The position numbers and the translations under genes are program-made. Positions 24,921 through 32,000 of a DNA stretch of 32,000 bases are shown here, in pieces. The stretch covers positions 2,074,376 to 2,106,375 of the forward strand of contig FP565575.1 of the NCBI GenBank assembly GCA_000091165.1, written 5' to 3'. Each line of letters starts with the position of its first letter. Position 1 is the first letter of the stretch. Source of the stretch: Candidatus Methylomirabilis oxygeniifera (GTDB lineage Bacteria; Methylomirabilota; Methylomirabilia; Methylomirabilales; Methylomirabilaceae). Under the pieces are notes generated by a model. The model had not been told where the DNA came from, did no database searches, and worked only from the letters and a program-made list of their open reading frames with translations.

Positions 24921-26444
24921 ATGGCTCAAAGAGGGTGGTGGATTCGTGGTGCCGTTGTGGGCAGTGCTTTACTGCTCGCTCCGGTTGGGGCGTGGGCCGA
25001 CAAGCTCACGGATCTCGAGCAGGCCTTTGATGCGCAGCAGAAGTCGTTGCAGCAGTTGCAACAGGAGATGCAGCGGCTGCGGCAGGAGCGATCCGCGCAA
25101 CAGGAAGATGTCACCAGGCGCGTGATGGAGGTAGAAAAGAAGGCTGCAGAGGCCGCGGCATCGGCATGGCAAGTCGGATTTGATCCTTGGCCAGGGAAAG
25201 GCTTCTACGTGAAGTCGACCGACGGCCAGCACCGACTGAGTATCGGCGGGTACGTGCAAACCTTGGCGCAAGTCGAGGCATCGCGAAATGAAGAGGATGT
25301 CGACTCAGCAGACAAGTCGGCAGCGATCAATCGACATAGGGCCAGCACCTTGAAGCTGCACCGCGTCAGGCTCCACTTTGATGTTCAACTCTTCAAGGAC
25401 TTTGGTCTCCACATCAACCCGGAGTTCGTCGGCCCCACCGATACCAAGGGCAGCGGACCCTCCAGCACCACACGGATCGAAGCGGCGTTTGGTCACTACA
25501 CGTATGCCCCCTGGTTGAGGGTAAAGGTGGGGCAGTTCAGGGACCAGTACGCGCTCGAGAACGGCTCGGTCCCTCAGGACCTGTACTTCGCCGCTCAGCG
25601 GTCGTTTATCACCAGAGCGCTGTCTCCAGACCTGCAGATGGGTCTCATGCTCTTCGGTGGGACGAAGCTCGCCGACATGCTGCCCATCTCCTACAGCGTG
25701 GGCGTCTATAACGGTTGCGGCCGGGTCGATCAGTGCACCACCGATAACGACGGCGATAAGGAGTATACCGGTCGAATCACCATTGCGCCCCCGATGCCGA
25801 TCGGGAATCTCACCGTCGGCGCCAACGCCGATTTCCGCACCTTCAACAATAAGAAGGGTGGCGCTCGCGACCTTGCGACGAATCCCGTCGCCGGCACCAA
25901 CTACCACCGCTTCAACCCGACCAGCGTGTTGGGCGACCTCTTCGGGGGTGACGGTAACGGCACGAGCATGAACGGCTTCCGGATCAACGGCGACCGCACC
26001 ACGACCGGTGCCGACTTTGTGTATGACCTCTACCCGATCATCCTGACGGGTGAGTTCCACTACGCCTCCCAGGAGCGCGACGGATTGGGCACGGGCAGCA
26101 ACGTCAATCTCGATGATCTCCGCATGATGGGTGGCTATGGAACCGTCGGCTATTGGGTCTTCGGCAACAAACTGAAGGGCCTGCTGGTCAACGGCCGCTA
26201 CGAGCACCTGCGGGTCGACGATACGAAGGGCAATTTCACAGCGGCTGCCGGTACTAATGAGCAGACGTTGAGGGTGCGCGTCGGCACCATGGGCGCAACC
26301 TGGTATGTCAACCCCAACATCTTCGTCCGGGCTAACTACGTGCTTACCGACGTCAACCCGGGGAAAAACTTCTTTGGGGTGAGCAACAATACGCAAGGCG
26401 AGTTGACCCACCAGGGAATCGCCGAGGCGGTATTCAAGTTCTAA
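24921..26444 (+). CDS. Outer-membrane anion-selective porin, OprO/OprP (Porin_O_P) family
   Basis: I prefer the ATG at 24921, after GAGGGAGGGGG. Signal peptide MAQRGWWIRGAVVGSALLLAPVGAWA. The N-terminal coiled coil LTDLEQAFDAQQKSLQQLQQEMQRLRQER is common in this family. Alternating beta-strand patterns. C-terminal ...EAVFKF with terminal Phe, the OMP signature. Confidence 0.75.
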   Translation: MAQRGWWIRGAVVGSALLLAPVGAWADKLTDLEQAFDAQQKSLQQLQQEMQRLRQERSAQQEDVTRRVMEVEKKAAEAAASAWQVGFDPWPGKGFYVKSTDGQHRLSIGGYVQTLAQVEASRNEEDVDSADKSAAINRHRASTLKLHRVRLHFDVQLFKDFGLHINPEFVGPTDTKGSGPSSTTRIEAAFGHYTYAPWLRVKVGQFRDQYALENGSVPQDLYFAAQRSFITRALSPDLQMGLMLFGGTKLADMLPISYSVGVYNGCGRVDQCTTDNDGDKEYTGRITIAPPMPIGNLTVGANADFRTFNNKKGGARDLATNPVAGTNYHRFNPTSVLGDLFGGDGNGTSMNGFRINGDRTTTGADFVYDLYPIILTGEFHYASQERDGLGTGSNVNLDDLRMMGGYGTVGYWVFGNKLKGLLVNGRYEHLRVDDTKGNFTAAAGTNEQTLRVRVGTMGATWYVNPNIFVRANYVLTDVNPGKNFFGVSNNTQGELTHQGIAEAVFKF

Positions 26445-26572
26445 TCTAGGAATTGATGGCAGGTTCTCCCGAAGCTCACCAGGCGCAGAGTTCGTATGGG
26501 AACGGCACTTGGTGAGCTTCGGCAATCTGCTAACGCAACAGTCTTGAGTCGAGGAAGGAAGGAGATCTTATC

Positions 26573-26824
26573 ATGAAGTTCATCACGTTAGCCAAGGTGA
26601 GGCCTGGCGCATGGTCCAGGCTGACCAGCGAGCTTCCTGCTGCCTGCTATGAGGGGATGAAGTGGGCGTACGTCACCTACGGCCAATATGATGTGGCGTT
26701 CGAATGGGAAGCGAAGGATTTGGAAACAGCAAATAAGGTCATGAAGCATATGGCCGGATCCGACCTTCTGGCATCTGAGACTTTGGTCGTCGCTTCGACG
26801 CTGAAGGAATTCGGCCAAGTCTAG
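26573..26824 (+). CDS. GYD-domain protein (small alpha/beta protein of unknown function)
   Basis: 83 aa. MKFITLAKV...YVTYGQYDVAFEWEA matches the GYD family signature around G-x-Y-D. RBS GGAAGGAAGGAG upstream. Confidence 0.7.
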   Translation: MKFITLAKVRPGAWSRLTSELPAACYEGMKWAYVTYGQYDVAFEWEAKDLETANKVMKHMAGSDLLASETLVVASTLKEFGQV

Positions 26825-26854
26825 CCACTATTCCCAGAACTTTAATCTGATCCC

Positions 26855-26890
26855 CGCAATAAACGCAATCCACGCGATAGGCGCAATCGA
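26855..26890. repeat. Four tandem 9-bp units with conserved hexamer (CGCAATAAA CGCAATCCA CGCGATAGG CGCAATCGA)
   Basis: Read directly. It sits in the intergenic region 30 nt after the GYD gene stop. Confidence 0.8.
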
Positions 26891-27038
26891 CGCCTCAAGA
26901 TTTTGACCACCCACTGCACCGCGCGCCGTACCAGTCGCTTTCTTTTCGTACCGAACGTATCAAACGACCTCTTACGCCTTCCTACTACCCCCTAGACTCC
27001 TAGAGCGTTGGACCGCCCTAAAACCGCAGAAGTTAGGC

Positions 27039-27067
27039 TTGACAAACTTATGGGAGCGATTTATCCT
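27039..27067 (+). promoter_or_regulatory. Sigma70-like promoter candidate upstream of ftsH
   Basis: TTGACA (27039..27044), 17 nt spacer, TATCCT (27062..27067). This implies a ~245-nt leader before the ftsH start. Confidence 0.45.
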
Positions 27068-27317
27068 GGCTACGTATGGCGTAGCTCCTGTAGGTAATCA
27101 CCGGGAGTAAACCAGAGAGGCGTAGAGTGTGCCCCTCTTGTCGGCTTCCCTAACTGAACGTGGACATACTGATGAGAAAGAAAGGGTGGGCTGGCCGGTA
27201 CGCGGGGATTAGTATGAGAGACTTTCGCTTAGAAAGGTGTTATGCGTCTTGTATGACGTCCCGGATTTTTGGTGCACGGTTTCAGTACGTCCGGATAACA
27301 CAAAGGAGGTTATTGCC

Positions 27318-29246
27318 GTGAACAAGCGTTACCTGAAGGTTGCGGGTGTGGTCGCCCTGATCCTCGTGGTCACGGCCGTAGCCTTTCTACCGTTCTATTG
27401 GAATCCCAAGAAAGCTTCTAGTCAGGTGATCTTCAGTGACTTTATAGACCTAGTGGAAAAGGGGGAGCTCGCCGGAACGGTGATCTTCAACGAAAACAGC
27501 CACACCCTTTACTTCCATATCGCTTCAGGACAGCACCTGCGGACAGTGTACAGCAAAGAGGCTACCGCATCTCTACAAGAGCTGCTGAAGCAGAAGGGCG
27601 TCCACTTTGCTGTTGAGCCACAAAGCGGAGGCTCAATCTGGGTCAGCCTGTTATTCAACTTCCTGCCCTTCCTTCTGATTATCGGACTGTTTGTGCTGAT
27701 GAGCCGACGGTCCCAGATGGGGGGTGGTGGCGGCGGTCCGATGGCATTCGGAAAATCAAAGGCCAAACTCCACGACGCATCCAAGCCCAAGGTGACGTTC
27801 GCGGACGTCGCCGGAGAGGAAGAGCCAAAGGAAGAGCTGCTGGAGGTTATTGAGTTTTTGAAACATCCTCAAAAGTATCAGGCGCTGCACGCCAAAATCC
27901 CAAGAGGATTGCTGCTGGTAGGTCCCCCAGGCTGCGGAAAGACGCTCCTGGCCAAGGCCGTTGCCGGGGAGGCCGGGGTCCCCTTCTTCTCGCTTTCCGG
28001 TTCCGAGTTCGTGGAGGTCTTCGTCGGTGTGGGCGCCAGCCGCGTCCGCGATCTGTTTGAGCAGGCCAAGAAGAACGCCCCGTGCCTGGTCTTCATCGAC
28101 GAGATCGACGCAGTAGGTCGCCACCGCGGGGCCGGCCTTGGTGGCGGCAATGATGAGCGCGAGCAGACGTTAAACCAACTACTGGTGGCCATGGACGGCT
28201 TTGAGGCCAATATCGGGATCATTGTGATTGCCGCCACCAACCGACCGGATATCCTGGATCCTGCGTTGCTGCGCCCAGGGCGATTTGACCGGCGCATCAT
28301 CGTGGATAACCCGGACAGCAAAGGCCGTAAGGCGATCCTGCAAGTGCACCTGCGCGAGATACCGCTGGCAGCAGACGTCAACGTTGACGTGCTCGCCAAA
28401 CAGACGCCTGGATTTTCAGGAGCGGATCTTGCCAGCGTGGTGAACGAGGGGGCGCTTTTGGCTGCCCGGCGCGACAAAGACCGCGTCAGTATGGTCGACT
28501 TTGACGAGGCGGTCGAGCGAGTCATTGCGGGGCCGTTGCGCCGCAGTCGCGCCTTGACTCCGAAAGAGCGCGAGATGGTGGCCTATCATGAAGCCGGCCA
28601 TGCCATCCTGCGTAAGCTCCTGCCTAAGGCCGATCCGCCCCATAAGGTGACGATTGTCTCGCGCGGGATGGCGCTTGGCTATGTCATGGGAGCACCGCCG
28701 GAGGACCGCTACACCCGGACGCGCTCCGAACTGATGGCGGAGGTCAGTGTCGGCATGGGTGGCCGTGTCGCCGAGGATCTGATCTTCGGCGAGATTACCA
28801 CCGGCGCCTCAAATGACTTTGAGCAGGCCACCAACATGGTGCGCCGAATGGTGACCAATTTCGGGATGTCGGATAAACTCGGTCCGGTGACCCTGGGTAG
28901 ACAGGGCGGTCCCGTCTTTCTCGGTCGCGATATGATCGACAGTAGAAACTACAGTGAGGAGATCGCCTACCAGATCGACCAGGAGGTCCGCCGGATCATC
29001 GATGAGTGCTACCAGGTGGCCCGCCAGGCGATCGAGACAAACCGCGAGAAACTGCAGCGGGTGGCAAAAGCCCTGATCGAACGCGAAACCCTCTATGCCG
29101 AGGAGTTGGACGACGTGATGGCGGGAAAGGTCGTAGCGCTTGAACCATCGCGGGCTGCCGCCAGTGGTGAAGCAGCGGTTGTCGAGGCCGGCACTGAGAA
29201 TGCGTCGCCCGCGACGCCGTCGGCGCCTGCGCCACCACCGGCCTGA
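27318..29246 (+). CDS. ftsH: ATP-dependent zinc metalloprotease FtsH
   Basis: AAA+ Walker [24 protein letters not shown], Walker [14 protein letters not shown] region, Zn motif HEAGHAI. I prefer the GTG at 27318, 7 nt after AAGGAGG, over the upstream start at 27237. Two N-terminal TM helices. Confidence 0.95.
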   Translation: MNKRYLKVAGVVALILVVTAVAFLPFYWNPKKASSQVIFSDFIDLVEKGELAGTVIFNENSHTLYFHIASGQHLRTVYSKEATASLQELLKQKGVHFAVEPQSGGSIWVSLLFNFLPFLLIIGLFVLMSRRSQMGGGGGGPMAFGKSKAKLHDASKPKVTFADVAGEEEPKEELLEVIEFLKHPQKYQALHAKIPRGLLLVGPPGCGKTLLAKAVAGEAGVPFFSLSGSEFVEVFVGVGASRVRDLFEQAKKNAPCLVFIDEIDAVGRHRGAGLGGGNDEREQTLNQLLVAMDGFEANIGIIVIAATNRPDILDPALLRPGRFDRRIIVDNPDSKGRKAILQVHLREIPLAADVNVDVLAKQTPGFSGADLASVVNEGALLAARRDKDRVSMVDFDEAVERVIAGPLRRSRALTPKEREMVAYHEAGHAILRKLLPKADPPHKVTIVSRGMALGYVMGAPPEDRYTRTRSELMAEVSVGMGGRVAEDLIFGEITTGASNDFEQATNMVRRMVTNFGMSDKLGPVTLGRQGGPVFLGRDMIDSRNYSEEIAYQIDQEVRRIIDECYQVARQAIETNREKLQRVAKALIERETLYAEELDDVMAGKVVALEPSRAAASGEAAVVEAGTENASPATPSAPAPPPA

Positions 29247-29284
29247 ACTGCGGTATCCCGCGTGACCGGAAGGGCCCAAATAAA

Positions 29285-29331
29285 AACCCTCTCACGGAAT
29301 TCACACCATCCGTGAGAGGGTTAACTTTTTT
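29285..29331. terminator. Bidirectional rho-independent terminator between ftsH (+) and the PmoD-like gene (-)
   Basis: 13-bp stem AACCCTCTCACGG (29285..29297) / CCGTGAGAGGGTT (29310..29322). It is flanked by an A-run (AAATAAAAA) on the left and a T-run (AACTTTTTT) on the right. Confidence 0.85.
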
Positions 29332-29427
29332 AACAGGTTTCAGACAGTTGTCATTTCTAGCTTGACCCGGAATCCAGTGCCTTTCTGGATTCCCGCTTTC
29401 GCGAGGACGACATCTGTAGAAGAAAGG

Positions 29428-30192
29428 TTACGCCGCTTTTTTCTTGCGTCTCACATACAGCACGGCGCCGATTCCCACGCCGGCAACCGTCATCACCAAA
29501 ATTGCCGGATTGCTCATCATGGACGGACCGCGCGCGCCCCCCCCCCTGGGTGTCTTCAATCCGACGGTAAAGGGGAAGCTGAAGGTCGAATCGTGTGCAT
29601 GATACGCCTCCTCTTCCGCTGTACTGGTATGCTGCTCGGCGCCGTCGTGACTGTGACTGACCGCCTCCGGTGCGTCGCCTCCGGCACGTGATCTCGCTCC
29701 CTGCTCCTCAACCTCCAGTACCGCCCTATACTTCCCGGCTTTTCCGAAATCCGTCTCAGCCCGCACGACACCTGAAGGATAGACCTGTTGAGGGATATAC
29801 AGAACCGTTTGGGCGTCTTCACGCTCGGTGGCCTCGACGACGCGGACCGCCACAGGGGTCTTTCGCAGGGCATCGCTGATAAGATCAAACGTCAGCGTCG
29901 CCTTTCCTGTTCTTGGAATATCCCGACAGTAGGATTGAAACTCTTCCTTCATCGCATCCACGTACCGCCTCAGGTCCGCATCCTTAAGCTCTTTGAGCTG
30001 AGCCAGCTGTGAGGCCCGGTCCGCCGTCCCATGCTGATAGGCGCTGAAGTGAATGAGATACTGCCCTTTCTCCCTCGAACAGAGATCGTTCTCCGTGATC
30101 CCACCCATGCCGCCGCCACCGTGAGCCCATGCCTGCGACGCTCCCATCACAGCCATCAGCGCTACAACTCCAATCGAAACACACTGCTTCAT
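29428..30192 (-). CDS. Periplasmic His-rich protein with C-terminal TM anchor; PmoD/AmoD-like copper-protein candidate
   Basis: Signal peptide MKQCVSIGVVALMAVMGASQAWA with predicted cleavage before HGGGGMGG. Motif C-SREKGQY-L-I-H (C-X7-L-X-H). His-rich acidic linker SHSHDGAEQHTSTAEEEAYHAHD. C-terminal TM AILVMTVAGVGIGAVLYV plus RRKKK. It lies downstream of pmoB on the same strand. Confidence 0.65.
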   Translation of the reverse strand: MKQCVSIGVVALMAVMGASQAWAHGGGGMGGITENDLCSREKGQYLIHFSAYQHGTADRASQLAQLKELKDADLRRYVDAMKEEFQSYCRDIPRTGKATLTFDLISDALRKTPVAVRVVEATEREDAQTVLYIPQQVYPSGVVRAETDFGKAGKYRAVLEVEEQGARSRAGGDAPEAVSHSHDGAEQHTSTAEEEAYHAHDSTFSFPFTVGLKTPRGGGARGPSMMSNPAILVMTVAGVGIGAVLYVRRKKKAA

Positions 30193-30425
30193 GGCCTAAC
30201 CTACTTCCATCGCGACCATCCCCTGTTGGTCTTTCTCGTACGCTCCCGAAGCACCGCCGTAGTGCATACAACAGATCCCTGCACGCATTGCGTTCACTGA
30301 ATCGGTCGAGGGAGGTATGTCAACGAGATTCCGTTCATGGCTCGACAAAGTCCTGACAGGGACGGATGATAAAGGGGATTGTGAGGCACTACACTAACCG
30401 TGAGGAATGTTGAATGCGGTGGTGA

Positions 30426-30479
30426 GGGTCCCCCACCCCTTGAATTCTCCGTTATGTGAAGCTCAAGGGGTGGGGACCC
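30426..30479. repeat. CCCCCACCCC/GGGGTGGGG palindromic hairpin element downstream of the pmoB-associated micro-ORF
   Basis: GGGTCCCCCACCCCTTGA (30426..30443) versus TCAAGGGGTGGGGACCC (30463..30479): reverse complements with a single-nt bulge. The 19-nt loop contains CTTCACATAA on the - strand. No U-tract follows. Confidence 0.8.
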
Positions 30480-30491
30480 TTCCACCTCCAC

Positions 30492-30575
30492 CTATGCCTG
30501 GTTCACCAGTGTCATCAGAACAAATATCAGCATGATAAGTAGCGCTAAGTTCATCCCTTGTGCGGCGAATTCCAT
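30492..30575 (-). CDS. 27-codon single-TM micro-ORF immediately downstream of pmoB (candidate small membrane peptide)
   Basis: ATG at 30575 lies 6 nt after the strong RBS GGAAGGAGGGAG, which starts 2 nt after the pmoB stop. It encodes MEFAAQGMNLALLIMLIFVLMTLVNQA, one hydrophobic helix. It is too short for the ORF track, where it appears only as the tail of the 87-aa ORF 30492..30755. Confidence 0.45.
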   Translation of the reverse strand: MEFAAQGMNLALLIMLIFVLMTLVNQA

Positions 30576-30594
30576 GATCGTCTCCCTCCTTCCG

Positions 30595-31863
30595 CTATTT
30601 GTACTGGGTAGTCGGCCGCCATTTGCCTCCGCCGGACAGGGCCGTTGCGCCACCCTCGAAGGACGGAATGACCGGGCCGCCGACCTCAACAATTTGTCTG
30701 TTCTTATCCGCATCAAAGAACTCAAAGAGTCCGCCGTACCGGCTGTCTGAGTCATAGATCAACTCAGCCAACCGCTGATATTCCCATTCCGCATCGGTCG
30801 CATCTATCGACATCGTTACGGTCTGGCCTGGAGGGATGGGACCGGCCGGCTCCACCTTGATTTTGAGTCGCGAGTCAGGGAAGAGGGCCGGATCCCGAAA
30901 CTGCAGGTTGGCCGTGATGAATCCTCCCAATTGCTGAGGCCTGTTTGAACCGTTTGTGACCTCTATCACCATCCCAAGAGAACGTCCAGGTACGGTATAG
31001 ACCGCTGTGACAGGCCTGGCCTTCACCGTGGCATGGGAATACGGCGTAAACTCTGTCGTGGGCTTCAGTTCGGGAGTATCCATCCGACCGGTCTGCAGCG
31101 GGATGGTGATTGGGTAGGCGCCGTTCGTCGTGACGTAGCCGATAGCGACGATGAGGACCGTGGCGATCATCAGTACGAGTCCAAGCGTCCGATCGCCGGG
31201 GCTAACAAGCTCCTCCTCAGGTACCACTCCCACCTGGAAGAGACGTCGCGTAAATGGCCGTCGTACCCACCACAGCAACCAGAACACACCGACAAAAGTC
31301 CAGAGGAGCCACCAGCCGATGATCCGACCTTGCCCATGGACCTCCATATTCACTGTCGTACCATCAATGGTGGTAACGTTATTGGTGAAGTTACTCCAGT
31401 CGCCATCGACGGTGACGAACTCGCCTCCACCGACCAGGGGCCCTCCACCCTCGATATTCACCATCGGGTGAACGTGATAGGTCCCGGTGACCCGGCCCAT
31501 AATATTCATTCTATAATCATAGTCTCCGCCAAGTTGAGTACTGGTGGCGTTGATGACCGGCATGCCATTCATCCATGCCTCTTTCTTGAGCATTGATGGC
31601 CCAGGCACGGAGTAATGGAGAAAGATCGATTCGGGGGTGTTTACGGCCCTCGGCCATTCACTAAATGTATGGAACTTTCCCGTCAGATCCATGGTCTCGC
31701 CAGGCTGTACCCGAGCTTTTGACCATTTCGTATCGTAGAACGTTATTGTACGCATCCGAAGAAACGGCTCTTGCGATCGCTCGCCATGCGCCCATGCCGT
31801 TCCAGCGGATACGGCGATCACTCCAAGCAAGATCGCCGACAACGCCGCTCGTCCTATCCTCAT
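30595..31863 (-). CDS. pmoB: Particulate methane monooxygenase subunit B
   Basis: I prefer the ATG at 31863 after GGGAGGATAACG. The signal peptide ends ...GTAWA, then HGERSQEPFLRMRTITFYD (compare the canonical mature PmoB N-terminus HGEKSQ..F.RMRT). HxH copper-ligand motif TYHVHPMVNIEGGGP. Two internal TM helices (IIGWWLLWTFVGVFWLLWWV; LGLVLMIATVLIVAIGYV). Two cupredoxin-like halves. Confidence 0.92.
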   Translation of the reverse strand: MRIGRAALSAILLGVIAVSAGTAWAHGERSQEPFLRMRTITFYDTKWSKARVQPGETMDLTGKFHTFSEWPRAVNTPESIFLHYSVPGPSMLKKEAWMNGMPVINATSTQLGGDYDYRMNIMGRVTGTYHVHPMVNIEGGGPLVGGGEFVTVDGDWSNFTNNVTTIDGTTVNMEVHGQGRIIGWWLLWTFVGVFWLLWWVRRPFTRRLFQVGVVPEEELVSPGDRTLGLVLMIATVLIVAIGYVTTNGAYPITIPLQTGRMDTPELKPTTEFTPYSHATVKARPVTAVYTVPGRSLGMVIEVTNGSNRPQQLGGFITANLQFRDPALFPDSRLKIKVEPAGPIPPGQTVTMSIDATDAEWEYQRLAELIYDSDSRYGGLFEFFDADKNRQIVEVGGPVIPSFEGGATALSGGGKWRPTTQYK

Positions 31864-31929
31864 CGTTATCCTCCCAGGTTCGTGGGTAAGCGTCAACACA
31901 TTCGCATCATAGCGCCACATGGGGTTGCC

Positions 31930-32000
31930 TTATAGCCTTCCATCGAGAACCCCACGGCCCACATCGATGACAACTACGTCCGCGAGATCCATGCCGGCCT
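31930..32000 (-). CDS. 3' end (about 22 codons) of an upstream co-directional gene; pmoA expected from the canonical pmoCAB order but not verifiable here
   Basis: Edge-open reverse frame ...AGMDLADVVVIDVGRGVLDGRL ends with TAA (31932..31930), 66 nt before the pmoB start. GC3-rich codons. Identity is inferred from operon order only. Confidence 0.3.
   Translation of the reverse strand, partial: AGMDLADVVVIDVGRGVLDGRL

Noticed and set aside
25305-26525. 406-aa - strand ORF covering most of the porin gene.
   Set aside because: It is antisense to an ORF with a signal peptide, coiled coil, beta-strand periodicity and a C-terminal Phe OMP signature. The antisense product is R/V/G/A-rich, with no motif and no RBS.
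27165-27185. CUGAUGAG...GAAA string suggesting a hammerhead ribozyme core in the ftsH leader.
   Set aside because: No stem II lies between CUGAUGAG and GAAA, and there is no appropriately placed cleavage-site helix. This is a chance occurrence of a short motif.

Overview
High-G+C bacterial chromosomal window with no rRNA, tRNA, CRISPR array or transposase seen. The left third is + strand housekeeping: mtnA, a lytic transglycosylase, coaBC, a family-4 UDG, priA, an NPPY methyltransferase, and a split CN-hydrolase + nadE. It is interrupted at about 6.15-8.3 kb by three orphan secreted/membrane proteins of visibly lower G+C. The rest is a respiratory/methanotrophy locus, mostly on the - strand. 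It contains the 5' end of cd1 nitrite reductase nirS at the left edge and a haem-rich gene string (monohaem cyt c, small alpha/beta protein, 5xCXXCH membrane-anchored cytochrome, DUF3365-type haem-c protein, His-rich 4-TM protein). It also contains two tandem ~810-aa qNOR-like haem-copper oxidases with altered quinol-site (AHYxVE -> AEDFVG) and FeB-site (GHH -> SHN) motifs. Further right are a PAS-LuxR regulator, an OprO/P-type porin, a GYD protein, ftsH, and the distal part of a pmo operon (pmoB, a 27-codon TM micro-ORF, a PmoD-like copper-protein candidate). The combination nirS + two atypical qNORs + pMMO is the signature of NC10 'Candidatus Methylomirabilis'-type nitrite-dependent methane oxidisers. 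In those organisms these qNOR paralogues have been proposed, but not biochemically proven, to be NO dismutases (2NO -> N2 + O2). Strongest leads: the nod pair itself, a ~565-bp near-identical (gene-conversion-like) tract over its catalytic core, a shared 42-bp cis element in front of both copies, the adjacent uncharacterised haem-protein genes, and the micro-ORF after pmoB. All calls rest on reading the sequence and on motifs recalled from memory; no searches were run.
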